From IMG/VR virus record IMGVR_UViG_3300037309_000059, positions 1 through 64,000 of that record: a stretch of DNA of 64,000 nt. One strand, given 5' to 3'. Under the pieces are notes generated by a model. The model was given only the letters and a program-made list of their open reading frames with translations. It was not told the DNA's origin and ran no database searches. Of this stretch, positions 38,274-47,786 are shown in pieces; the first letter of the stretch is position 1, and every line of letters begins with the position of its first letter. The stretch comes from a virus. A program made the translations under genes and the position numbers.

Positions 38274-41200
38274 TCACGACTTCGACTCCTTCAGCTTCTT
38301 CACTTCCTCGGACAGCGCCTGGACCTTGGCGACCAGAAGCGCCACGACCTGGGTCACGTCATAGCCGGTCGGAGCGTTCTTCTCGTCGCGGGCGACGATG
38401 TTCTTCAGCTCAGGCTTCGTCGCCATCTCGTCAGCAACGAATCCCCACTGCTCGCCCCGATCCGGGTCCTTCAGGAGCATGGGCTTGCCGGCGTCGTCAT
38501 GGGTGCGCGGGCGCCAGCGGAAGCGCTTGGGGCGAAGGGCAGCGAACGCGCCCTCGACCTCATCCCGCTGCACCTCGCGAATGCCGCGCTTCAAGACGGC
38601 GGCCGATGTGTTGTTGAATCCGGGGGCGTTGACCGCACCCAGGAAAGTGACCTGGGGCGGGCTGTTGATCGTGGTGGTGAAGACCTCCCGCCAGCCCCAG
38701 CCGCCGACAGCGGCGTAGAGCGCGAAGCGGCCCTCGGACTGTCCGCCGACGACGCCGCCGCTCTGCCGGTTGTAGATCGCCCAATTGCTTTTTGCGTCGG
38801 AGCGACGGGCATGTAGGACGATATAATCGGCCGCTGCGTTGTTGACGCAATCGAAGTAAACGGCCTGACTGTCTCTGAAGTTCAGCCAGCCGGTCATGTT
38901 GACGTTGCCGGTCCTCGGCACCGACGCAAGCGAATCGATTCGCACCCATGCAGTGAAGCTGGCAGCACCATCATGCTTCGCGCGGGCGTACATCTGCCCT
39001 TCGGCGTTCCAGTAGTGCTGCATACAATCGACGCTGCTGCCGCGATTGTGCGTGGTCAACATCAGGTAGGCGTTGCCGATGAAGCCGCCGTCTGCGGTGG
39101 GTCGGTTCGTGATCCCGACGCCGTTCGAAAGTCCGTAGATGCCCGGCCGATAGGTCGGCGGGACCACGGTGTTGAGATCGACCGCGGTGTTGAACGTCTG
39201 CCCGGCGTAGAGGTTGTTGTCCGAATATTGCTTGGTGGCGGCTTCAAGTGCGGCGGTCGGATCGCGGCCGAGCCTGATCTGGTCCGTGTTCTGCCGCTGC
39301 GTGATGTAGCCCCAAGCGCTGATCTCGCGCCCGGCGACCCCTGCCGCAGCGGCGGCCTCGGTCCGCACGCCGACGATGTTCAGCCCCGCGTTGTAGAGCC
39401 GCGCGCCGATCTTGCCGTCGCCGGTATCGGCCATCTCGGCATGAATGAACCGGGCGGACCTGCCCTGCGTCCACACCATGTCGCCGAGGTCTTCCTGCCC
39501 GGCGATGGCGACCTTCTCGGCGTCCAGCTCCTCGATCGCGGCCTGGACGTTGGTGGCGCCGACGCCGCCCGCCGGCTGGAAGGCGATGCCGCTCGCGACG
39601 CCGCCCGCGGCACTGGCGCCGTGGTAGCGCCATTCGTCGCCCGCCACGATGAGCTGGTCGCCCACGCCCATGACCTGCCCAGGCGGCACCCACGGGCTGC
39701 CGGCACCGTCGCCAGCGACCGAGATGTAGATGAACCACCCGTCGGGGATCGGCGTCGGGTCCGGCAGCGGCCCGTTGGTCAGACCCGTCGAGTTGACCCA
39801 GGTCACCTGATCGGCGGCGGCGTCATAGGTGCCCGCGAACACCAGGGCTGAGGTGAGTGACTGGAGCTGGTACTCGATCGCTTCCAGCGCCGCCTGGACG
39901 TCGGCGGGGTTGCCGGGAAGCCCGGCGATGGGCGTAGCCAAAGGCACGTCGCTGGCATCGTAGCCCTGCGCCAGATCACCGAGCGCGTCGATCTGGTTCT
40001 GCAGGGACTGGATGCCGTTGGCGTTGAGCGCGATGTTCGTGTCCTGGGTCGCCTGCGAGGCCGCGAAGTCGGCGGCGCTGTTCTCCAGGCTGGAAAGGCG
40101 CCCGTCGTGACCGCCGGTCACCGTGGCGAAGGTCAGGTAGTTGACCGCGTCGCCGTCGACCTGGGGGTCGGGCAGGTTGCGGATGTGGTGGCCGTCCATG
40201 TCGAGATTGCCCGACATGACGTCGCCCGTCGCGTTCACGTAGCGGGCGTCGGCCGAGTCCGTGGTCAGCGGGGCGCCGGGGACCAGCTCGAAGACGCCGG
40301 CACCCTCGCTCCACAAGAGATAGTCGCCCATGAAGGCGATCGAGCCGCCGACGCCGGGCAGGAGCGGGTTGAGGACCACGCCCTGCAGCGGATCGGGGGT
40401 GACGATGCCCCAGGTCCAGCCGTCGAGCTTCGGGGCGAAGGCGAGGTCGGGCGTGTTGGTCGCGGTGTAGTAGAAGTCCTGCCACAGCGTGCCCACGGGC
40501 GCCGCGACGCGGTCCCAGCGCAGGGCGGCCTCAGACCAGATGATGCGGTCGTTGTTCCAGAGGTCGACCCCATCCAGGCCCGGGATCGAGACCCCGGCCG
40601 GAATCTGCTCGGGAACACGCGAGTCGACGGTCGCAATGATGTAGGTTTCGCCGTTGAGCGGCGTGCCCAGGTCGAGCGGCGGATCGTTGGTGGCGGGCTT
40701 GTAGGTGCCCTGCAGCAGCGTGCTCTCGGCGATGGCGCGCTCGATCCAGGCCCGGTTCGGGGCCTGATTCGGATTCGGGCTGTCGGGAACGGCGATCCCG
40801 ATGGGCGCGCTCAGGCCCACGAGCCCGTCCGCGCGCAGCACCTCGACGCCGCTGACGTCGACCGACAGGCCCAGGTAGGCGTGCAGCACCTCGGTGTTGA
40901 TCTGATCGCTCGTCACCGACCGGGCGATGGCGGCGGCGAAAACGTCGGAGCTGTTCGAGGCGGGGAGCGCGAACGACGGCCGGTCCAAGAGTCCGCCCGG
41001 AAGGACGAAGTGCTCGGGATTCCAGGGGCGGGCCTGGGCGACCGTTGGGCTCAGGAGCTGGACGACCTGCGCCACCCACCAGGGGTCCGCGCCCAGCACG
41101 ATCCAGGCTCCAGGGCCGATCGCCGGGATGCCGGTGACGTCGGACTCGAACTCAATGTCGACAAACGGCGCACCGGCTACCGCCGTCTGGTAGCCGGCGA

Positions 41201-42281
41201 TATCGGGCGCCGCGACAGCGCTGCCGCCGCCACCGCCGCCGCTGCCCAAGTTGATGGCGGAGAACTTGACCCGGCGATTGCCGCCGTTGCCGTCGGCGCC
41301 GATAAGCCAGTCCCCGCTCGCGGGCACCGTCTTGGTCGGCAGGGCCGAAATGTCCTCATCGCCGTCGAAGAACCAAGTCGCGCCGCCGTCGGTGCTGTAG
41401 AGCGCATAGCGGCGCGTCTCGCCGTCGCGGACCGTCAGGACCTTGGGCACGCCCAGGCGCAGGCTGATGCCAGAGCCGAAGCTGACGGCTCGATCGCCAC
41501 CGCTCGCGGTGATCTCGAACAGCACCGTCTGGAAGACGTCGCCCGTGAACGTGCCCTGCGGCGGGTCGATCTGCAGATCGCCGGTCAGGCCGGTGATCTG
41601 GTACATCGAATTGCCCGGAACGTTCGTCGGCTGGTACGGCGAAGGCGGGTCGAAGACCTGGAAGACGTTGACCGAGTCGCCGGCCGCCGCACGGCGGATC
41701 GCCGCCTGGACGAAGGAGGTGGTCGCAAGCGTCGGCGACGAGTCGGAAGCGTCGCCGACCGTGGGTGCGGTCGGAACACCGAAGAATCCTGGGCTGTCCA
41801 GGGGCGCCAGCCCGTCGGGTGCTATCGTGATCTCGTCGAGCGCCAAGTCGGCCGTGAGCGCGATGCCGGGCGCACCCCGCAGGGTGACGGCGGCCGAGGG
41901 GCCGTTGGCGACAACATCGCCAGCGCTGTCGACCCGGATGGTGCCGAAGGACTCCCGCCCGGCCGCGACGGTGACGGCTGCCTGGACGAAGGCCGTGGTC
42001 GCGATCGAGGTGTCGTTGTCGCCCGGCGGCGGTGTCGGTGCGGTCGGGTTGCCGGTCAGCGCGGGGCTGACCAGGGGCGCCTTCTCGTCGAGAAGCGCCT
42101 GCAGGTCGGTAATGTCCGCGGCGACGTGGGTATGGCTGGCGGGCGCGAAGGCGGAGGCGTTCTGCGATGCCGCGGTGCCGAACTGGATGCGGACGTTGCC
42201 GCCCGCGCGAACGGCAGGAACATCGTCGGTGGTCCGGACGGCACCGCCATTCGGCAGGCCACTGATAGGCGAATCGGCCAC
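38274..42281 (-). CDS. tail fibre/spike protein (1335 aa) with C-terminal intramolecular chaperone (peptidase S74-like) domain
   Basis: The N-terminus reads SPISGLPNGG...DDVPAVR, and SPALTGNPTAPTPPPGDNDTSIATTAFVQ repeats are present. The C-terminus has FAALRPKRFRW ... WGFVADEMA ... YDVTQVVALLVAKVQALSEEVKKLK. Confidence 0.85.
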   Translation of the reverse strand: MADSPISGLPNGGAVRTTDDVPAVRAGGNVRIQFGTAASQNASAFAPASHTHVAADITDLQALLDEKAPLVSPALTGNPTAPTPPPGDNDTSIATTAFVQAAVTVAAGRESFGTIRVDSAGDVVANGPSAAVTLRGAPGIALTADLALDEITIAPDGLAPLDSPGFFGVPTAPTVGDASDSSPTLATTSFVQAAIRRAAAGDSVNVFQVFDPPSPYQPTNVPGNSMYQITGLTGDLQIDPPQGTFTGDVFQTVLFEITASGGDRAVSFGSGISLRLGVPKVLTVRDGETRRYALYSTDGGATWFFDGDEDISALPTKTVPASGDWLIGADGNGGNRRVKFSAINLGSGGGGGGSAVAAPDIAGYQTAVAGAPFVDIEFESDVTGIPAIGPGAWIVLGADPWWVAQVVQLLSPTVAQARPWNPEHFVLPGGLLDRPSFALPASNSSDVFAAAIARSVTSDQINTEVLHAYLGLSVDVSGVEVLRADGLVGLSAPIGIAVPDSPNPNQAPNRAWIERAIAESTLLQGTYKPATNDPPLDLGTPLNGETYIIATVDSRVPEQIPAGVSIPGLDGVDLWNNDRIIWSEAALRWDRVAAPVGTLWQDFYYTATNTPDLAFAPKLDGWTWGIVTPDPLQGVVLNPLLPGVGGSIAFMGDYLLWSEGAGVFELVPGAPLTTDSADARYVNATGDVMSGNLDMDGHHIRNLPDPQVDGDAVNYLTFATVTGGHDGRLSSLENSAADFAASQATQDTNIALNANGIQSLQNQIDALGDLAQGYDASDVPLATPIAGLPGNPADVQAALEAIEYQLQSLTSALVFAGTYDAAADQVTWVNSTGLTNGPLPDPTPIPDGWFIYISVAGDGAGSPWVPPGQVMGVGDQLIVAGDEWRYHGASAAGGVASGIAFQPAGGVGATNVQAAIEELDAEKVAIAGQEDLGDMVWTQGRSARFIHAEMADTGDGKIGARLYNAGLNIVGVRTEAAAAAGVAGREISAWGYITQRQNTDQIRLGRDPTAALEAATKQYSDNNLYAGQTFNTAVDLNTVVPPTYRPGIYGLSNGVGITNRPTADGGFIGNAYLMLTTHNRGSSVDCMQHYWNAEGQMYARAKHDGAASFTAWVRIDSLASVPRTGNVNMTGWLNFRDSQAVYFDCVNNAAADYIVLHARRSDAKSNWAIYNRQSGGVVGGQSEGRFALYAAVGGWGWREVFTTTINSPPQVTFLGAVNAPGFNNTSAAVLKRGIREVQRDEVEGAFAALRPKRFRWRPRTHDDAGKPMLLKDPDRGEQWGFVADEMATKPELKNIVARDEKNAPTGYDVTQVVALLVAKVQALSEEVKKLKESKS

Positions 42282-42298
42282 TGGTCAGGTCCCGTCCA

Positions 42299-42448
42299 TC
42301 AAGGGGGCGAAGGCTCCAGCCGCAAGCGGTCCGTTCCATTCTCTAGTAGAATGAAAGAACCGTCTTCCAGAAGAAGAAATCCATCGCGCGGGCCGAGCAC
42401 TGGAGTGCCGCGCCTCGCGAAGATCACGCGAATAATCCGGCGGATCAT
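42299..42448 (-). CDS. 49-aa protein with DGFLLLEDGSFILLENG motif
   Basis: This ORF is not in the track. It fills the gap between two large tail genes, and the LLLEDG..LLLE-type motif recurs in small phage tail-region proteins. Confidence 0.4.
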   Translation of the reverse strand: MIRRIIRVIFARRGTPVLGPRDGFLLLEDGSFILLENGTDRLRLEPSPP

Positions 42449-42462
42449 GATTCCGTCAGTCC

Positions 42463-45400
42463 TTACGCATCGTAGGCGCTGTTCACGGACTTGGCGCTGA
42501 TCGGACCGCCGCCGGTCTGGTACGGCCGTCCATCGGTGTGCATCTCGCCGCCCTCGCCCGCATTGTGCCTGCGCGGATTGTAGATCGGCCAGAGGAGCTG
42601 ATTACGGCGGAAGACCTCGAACGCCATCTCGATCGGCCCGTGCTTGGCGGTATTTGCGGCGAGCTTGTCGTCAACACGAACCTGCAGCCGAGGACCACCG
42701 TTGGCGGTCTGACCCTGACCGTCGCAGACGCACATGCCGTAATGGACCATGGTGTCGAACAGCACCCTGCCGATCGGCGACAGGTTGAGGGCGTAGCCCC
42801 GCACCGGGTTCGCCGTGGTGCTGTTGCGCAGGTCCATGTCCTGCTTGCGGATCGCGATCACCGCCCCGTAGGGGATATCCCCCTGGTTGTTCGGGATGCT
42901 GACGGTGCCGCTCGTGCTGCCGCCGCAAAGCTGCGGGAACTCCACGCAGCGGATCGTGCTGTTGCCGTCGGCGTCGGCGTCCGTGTTCCAGGCAGGCCAT
43001 GCCATGCGCCGGCTGATGAGGTGCTGGGTGGTCCTGGCACCCTCGCGCGAGTGCCGGGTGGCCGTGCAGTTGAGGACGTGCTGGATCGGCGTGTTGCCGC
43101 TGAGATCGACCTCCCAATCGCACAGGAAGCCGCCGGGATGGCGCCAGTCGATCGCACCCGGCCCCCACTCGCCGGGGTCGGTGTAGGCGTTGCGGACGTC
43201 CCGGCCCCGCAGGTTGAACGTCGTCATCGCGCGAGCGGAGCCGTTCGCCGTGCGGCTCGCGCCATAATCGAACTGATTGAACTGCTTGATCTGCCAGTTA
43301 ACCTGGGGGTTCTGATAGATCAGGAAGATGACGCTGCGGTCACCCGAACCCTCATGGTACTGAATGTCGCCGCCGGGCGGTGAGATCGGCCCGGTGTGCG
43401 GCAGGTTGCGACCGCTGCCCTCGCCGTTGTGGACGATGGTCTTGCTGGGCGTGTCGGACAGAAGCCGGAACTTGCGCTTCTGGCCCTGGCCGCTGGTACC
43501 GAGAATGATGCCGCCAATGTCGGCCACCCGACCGCGCTCGCCGGGCTTGCCGAGGTCGTAGACCGGGTTCGCGACATTCGGATTCAGGGTGCCCGGCGGA
43601 ACGCCGTACTGGACATTATCGCCGATCGGCCGATGGCAGAACGCCATGAAGCCGAAGGGGTTGTCGAACAGGTCCTGGTTGGTGTCGACCGCACCGCCGC
43701 CCTCGGGCTCGATCGTTGCCGACCATGTGCCGTAGCCGACCAGCGTGCCGTCCGTGACCTCGTAGGTTCCGTTGACCGCGCCGCCGTCCCGGAAGGACTC
43801 GGGATAGGTGTAGAGCAGCCGGTTGTTGCGGACGATGCAGATGCCATCGCCCGTCAGCGTCGGGTTCTGGACGATCAGCGGCAGAAGGTCGTTCGGCGGC
43901 GAGCGCTCGTCATTCGCCAGCACGTCGATCTCGATCGAGCCGCCCGCCACATAGGTGGCGGTCACCGCGTCGGGCTGGGTCACGATCTGATCGTCGACCG
44001 CGGCCGGGACCTCCTCGGGGCCGAGGGTCACGAAGTCCTGGTCGACGAAGGAGAGATATTCGAGCTGGCGCCAGGACGGGGTGCGCCACTGCTTGCCGAT
44101 CCTGATCTCGTCGATCAGGCCGGGGAAGTGGCCGTTGACCCCGGCGCCGCCGCTGGCGCCGATAATCACCGGGCCGGAGATCACCGTCTGGCCGGTGATC
44201 GAGGGGTTTGCCTGGGCGCTGGCAACCAGATTGCCGTCGATATGCACCACGATGCCGGCGGTGTCGCCGCTGAGCCAGTGGGCGCCGATCACCTGCCACT
44301 CGGTGGTGGCCGAGAATCCGGCGGGGCTGCGCCAAGCCGCCCGCCCGCCCGTGGTGTTGATGACGATCCGGATGGCGTCGTTGGTGGTGGTCGAGCTGGT
44401 GCTGTCGCGCACCGAAAGGGAGGACGTCGCCTCGGTCGAGAGGTCGCCGATCCCGAGCGGGCCATAGTTCTCGCCGGTCGCGGTCGGGCGCTTGATGACC
44501 AGCACAATGTCGAGCCGGTCGACCCCGCTCAGGTTGCTGCCGTCGGAGAACGAAACCTCGGCGTTGGCGTCGCTGAAATCGCCGGCCTGACCGATGAGTC
44601 CGGGCGCCGTCGCCACGCCATCCACCACCCAGGGGCGAGTCGGGTTGGCCGGGTTTCGCGAGTCCGTGCCGCCGCGATAGATGTAGTAGTAGTCGGGATA
44701 GGTGTCCTCGGGCGCCTCGGGCGTCACGCCCACGTGGGCGCCGTAGTAGAGCCAGAACTCGTCGACCGTGGCGGGGTTCGTGTCGCGCTTGACCACCAGC
44801 GCGTGCGTGCCGGTGGCGAGGTCGCTACCCGGTCGCAGCTCGAAGTCCAGAAGGTTGCCCGCGAGGTCCTCGACGCGCAGGTCAATGGCACTCGCGACTT
44901 CGAGCTTGCCGCCGTTCAGCGTCGATCGAGCCCAATCCTGGGCGTTGATCCGGATCGGAACCGGAAAGCGGAGTCGGTTGCCGGCAGGGACCGTGGACTT
45001 TACCGACCGGGTGACCTTGCGACGGTAGCGGTAGCCGTTGGCGAAGGTGACGCCGGTCTGTGTCAGTCGGACCGAGAGGTTGACGGTGGTCGACGGCTGC
45101 AGCGGATGCAGGCTGTCGAAGATCACCGGCACCCGATAGGTGCCCGGGGCCTCGCCGCGGTACCGGAGAACAGTCCCGTCCAGCACGGCGGTCAGGCCGG
45201 CATCCGCCGCTCCGAGGGCGACCGTGTAGCCCTCGCCGGCCGGGTCCTTGATGATGGCCGAGAGGTCCACCGCGAGATCGGTGGCGACGGGGCCGGTGAT
45301 CGTGGAGCCCGGCGCCACCGGGGCCAGGAGATAGCGCGCATCCGCGATCAGGCGGTCGCCCACCGTGCCGTCCTGGTCGGAGGATGCCAGGACCGCCATG

Positions 45401-46380
45401 AAGGCGCCCTGATCCGCATCGCTCACCGGAAGGCCGGCGTTGAGGGTGGTGCCCATGACGAGCGGACCCGTCTGCGGATTGGCGTCGGACGGGAGGTCGA
45501 CCGTCACCAGCGGGCTGCCGTTGAGCGAGATGCCCATGGTCCGGTCGGTCCCGGCGGGCACCTTCAAGAGCACCGCATCCGCAGCCAGGGCCGCGTCTGC
45601 GGTCGCCGAGATGGTCTGGCTCACGCCTCCGTAGCTGACCGTGAAGGCGTAGCGCTTGGTCAGCCGGCCCAGGGCGTCGTCGAGCGGGGGCGGCACGAGC
45701 TGCACGCGCGGCGCTGCGATGGTCTCCGCCGTGACGGCGGCAGCGCCGGAGTTCGGCTCCATGCGCCGCCGGGTCAGAAAGCACCGCTCGGGCTCCGTCC
45801 CCATGAAAGGCACGAGCCGCACGAGCCAGGGCGCCAGGGCTGTGGGCGGCGCCTGTTGCGAGAGGACGGCGTGCAGAATGCCCAGGGGCGGAACCGCGCT
45901 CAGGGAGCCGATCCAGAACATCTGCCCGATGAAGTCGCCGCGCGAGCCGCTGGCCTGATCGTTCGTCCCGACGCACAGGGAGGTGGTCGCGAACAGGCTC
46001 ACGCCGGGCGTGGGTACGCTCTGCAGCGTCTGGATATGGTTGACCGCGACGGCGATGTTGGTCGGGCCGGACCAGAAGGCGAAGGCGACGTGAGTTCGGT
46101 TCAGCGCCGGGGCGATCGTGCTGACCGCCGCGGCGCCGGCCGAATTGATGACCTGGAAGAAGCTGCCGGTAGCGCTCAGGCCGCAGCCGACATGCTGCGC
46201 CGCACCCGTGACGGCCATGGAGAAGGCGCGCGGGCGGCTCGTGGTCGGCCGCCAGCAAGCGATCAGGCCGGCGCCACCCGCGGCATTGGCGGCGATCCCG
46301 GCATCCGCCATGGCGTAGCCGTCATTGTCGACGAAGGTCCGGCCCCGGAACTGGAAGGGGCCAATGCGCGAGGGCCGCAA
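42463..46380 (-). CDS. giant tail protein (1305 aa): two LamG/concanavalin-like domains, an Ig/cadherin-like region and a C-terminal enzyme-like domain
   Basis: The LamG signature is GLIDEIRIG. The C-terminal roughly 350 aa are paralogous to 33584..34990 (HVLNCTATRH, RRMAWPAWNTDA, FDTMVHYGMCVCDGQGQTANGGPRLQVRVD). Confidence 0.7.
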   Translation of the reverse strand: MRPSRIGPFQFRGRTFVDNDGYAMADAGIAANAAGGAGLIACWRPTTSRPRAFSMAVTGAAQHVGCGLSATGSFFQVINSAGAAAVSTIAPALNRTHVAFAFWSGPTNIAVAVNHIQTLQSVPTPGVSLFATTSLCVGTNDQASGSRGDFIGQMFWIGSLSAVPPLGILHAVLSQQAPPTALAPWLVRLVPFMGTEPERCFLTRRRMEPNSGAAAVTAETIAAPRVQLVPPPLDDALGRLTKRYAFTVSYGGVSQTISATADAALAADAVLLKVPAGTDRTMGISLNGSPLVTVDLPSDANPQTGPLVMGTTLNAGLPVSDADQGAFMAVLASSDQDGTVGDRLIADARYLLAPVAPGSTITGPVATDLAVDLSAIIKDPAGEGYTVALGAADAGLTAVLDGTVLRYRGEAPGTYRVPVIFDSLHPLQPSTTVNLSVRLTQTGVTFANGYRYRRKVTRSVKSTVPAGNRLRFPVPIRINAQDWARSTLNGGKLEVASAIDLRVEDLAGNLLDFELRPGSDLATGTHALVVKRDTNPATVDEFWLYYGAHVGVTPEAPEDTYPDYYYIYRGGTDSRNPANPTRPWVVDGVATAPGLIGQAGDFSDANAEVSFSDGSNLSGVDRLDIVLVIKRPTATGENYGPLGIGDLSTEATSSLSVRDSTSSTTTNDAIRIVINTTGGRAAWRSPAGFSATTEWQVIGAHWLSGDTAGIVVHIDGNLVASAQANPSITGQTVISGPVIIGASGGAGVNGHFPGLIDEIRIGKQWRTPSWRQLEYLSFVDQDFVTLGPEEVPAAVDDQIVTQPDAVTATYVAGGSIEIDVLANDERSPPNDLLPLIVQNPTLTGDGICIVRNNRLLYTYPESFRDGGAVNGTYEVTDGTLVGYGTWSATIEPEGGGAVDTNQDLFDNPFGFMAFCHRPIGDNVQYGVPPGTLNPNVANPVYDLGKPGERGRVADIGGIILGTSGQGQKRKFRLLSDTPSKTIVHNGEGSGRNLPHTGPISPPGGDIQYHEGSGDRSVIFLIYQNPQVNWQIKQFNQFDYGASRTANGSARAMTTFNLRGRDVRNAYTDPGEWGPGAIDWRHPGGFLCDWEVDLSGNTPIQHVLNCTATRHSREGARTTQHLISRRMAWPAWNTDADADGNSTIRCVEFPQLCGGSTSGTVSIPNNQGDIPYGAVIAIRKQDMDLRNSTTANPVRGYALNLSPIGRVLFDTMVHYGMCVCDGQGQTANGGPRLQVRVDDKLAANTAKHGPIEMAFEVFRRNQLLWPIYNPRRHNAGEGGEMHTDGRPYQTGGGPISAKSVNSAYDA

Positions 46381-46383
46381 GGC

Positions 46384-46836
46384 TTAGCGGGTCTCGCGAA
46401 GATTGCCGGCCCAGGTCACGGTGTGACCGCTGGCGGCAAACCCGATTCCGGTGCTGTTGCGGATCAGAAGCCGGTAGCGAACCGGCTGGCAGTTGACGAA
46501 CAGAAGCGAGGCCCGCTTCGCCGAGGCGCCCTGGTCGATATAGCAGAAGTCGTAGGGCGACGCCCTGCCAGCCGGCGGAAATACGGAGCCGCCCACCGAG
46601 ATGTAGTTCGTCCCATCAAACGATGGGATCAACTGCCCTTCGATGATCGGCGTGGATGCGGAAGGGTTGATCGAGGTCAGGGTGATCTCGATCCAGATGC
46701 TGTCGAACTTGGTCGTGTTGTTGTCGGCATTGTTGATGACCGTCGAGCCGAGAACAGACGAGCCGGCGGTGAGGCCGCCCAAGCCGATGGTGTAGGCGAT
46801 CGGGGTCGAAAAGAGGCTGTTGGGAAACTGGCTCAT
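46384..46836 (-). CDS. tail-associated hypothetical protein (150 aa)
   Basis: The start MSQFPNSL is at 46836 and is coupled to the upstream stop. Confidence 0.5.
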   Translation of the reverse strand: MSQFPNSLFSTPIAYTIGLGGLTAGSSVLGSTVINNADNNTTKFDSIWIEITLTSINPSASTPIIEGQLIPSFDGTNYISVGGSVFPPAGRASPYDFCYIDQGASAKRASLLFVNCQPVRYRLLIRNSTGIGFAASGHTVTWAGNLRETR

Positions 46837-47222
46837 CAGCCAAAGTCCTCGGTCACGCTGAGGGAGAACGCGGGCAGGTTCGTGGTGGCCGAGGTGTCGC
46901 GGGCGAGGACGCCGCGAAGACCGCCGTCCCAAACCACGAGAACCCAGGTCAGGTCCTTGGGCGGGGTCGCCTGCAGGTGCCTTGCGGCGGTCACCTCGGC
47001 GGCGCCCCGGCCCGGAAAGGTGGCGGTGCGCCAGATGGGCCGGTTGGCGACCGTGGTCTGAGTCGCATCGGCCGCCGCCGGGCTCGTGTCGCTCAGGAGC
47101 GTGAGCGGATCGCCGTCATCCGGCGAGCCGTCGGTGACGTCGATCACGCTGCGCCCCATGGCCCAGCTCAGCCACTCGGTCGGCGCCTGCCGTTGATCGG
47201 GGTCAGCGATGGCGAACAGCAT
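46836..47222 (-). CDS. tail-associated hypothetical protein (128 aa)
   Basis: ORF in the track, coupled to its neighbours. Confidence 0.5.
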   Translation of the reverse strand: MLFAIADPDQRQAPTEWLSWAMGRSVIDVTDGSPDDGDPLTLLSDTSPAAADATQTTVANRPIWRTATFPGRGAAEVTAARHLQATPPKDLTWVLVVWDGGLRGVLARDTSATTNLPAFSLSVTEDFG

Positions 47223-47785
47223 CAGGGCGAGGTGTAGGCGTCGAGGTAGGCGTCGTTGCCGTCGATTGAGACCACGACCGGGCGTCTGGCCTGGACCCTG
47301 GTGTCGCCGTTGGGGTTGGCGTTCACCAAAGGCGTCGAGAGCAGGAACTGCAGCGCGCCCGCGCCGACGGCCCGCCGGACCTCGCAGCGGAACCCGCTGC
47401 TGACCCCGGTCGTCGGATCGCCGGTTATCGCCACCGAAACGGTTGCCGGCCCCACGCCGCGGTACCAGACGACGCTGCCGCCATGCTCCTCATCGGTGAG
47501 CGCGAAGCTGGCCGATTCGGTAACCGAGCGAGGCTTGAATCCGCCGACCGGCATGTTGCCGAAGTCGGCCTCGGTCGCCAGCAGCCCGATGATCGTGAAG
47601 CCCTGGCCGTCATCGCGCACCACGAGCACGCGGCTGCGCCGGGTGCCCATGTCGGTGAGGGTCGGCGCCCCCTCGATCCGGTCGGCGACAAGGCCGTTGA
47701 TGCCGCGATGGTCGGAGGGGCGCAGCTCGACCGCCGAATCCGGCGGCCAGTTGCGCATGAAGTCGAAGTCGACCTCGTCCGCCAT
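47222..47785 (-). CDS. tail-associated hypothetical protein (187 aa)
   Basis: ORF in the track, coupled to its neighbours. Confidence 0.5.
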   Translation of the reverse strand: MADEVDFDFMRNWPPDSAVELRPSDHRGINGLVADRIEGAPTLTDMGTRRSRVLVVRDDGQGFTIIGLLATEADFGNMPVGGFKPRSVTESASFALTDEEHGGSVVWYRGVGPATVSVAITGDPTTGVSSGFRCEVRRAVGAGALQFLLSTPLVNANPNGDTRVQARRPVVVSIDGNDAYLDAYTSP

Positions 47786-47786
47786 C

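Noticed and set aside
40107-47061. Very long plus-strand ORFs (797 aa at 40107..42500 and 1221 aa at 43396..47061). Similar ORFs lie at 49289..51301 and 60575..62821.
   Set aside because: All lie antisense to tail or capsid genes that have recognisable repeats and domains. Their translations are monotonous Arg/Gly/Asp/Val-rich sequence. They have no start-stop coupling and no Shine-Dalgarno sequences.
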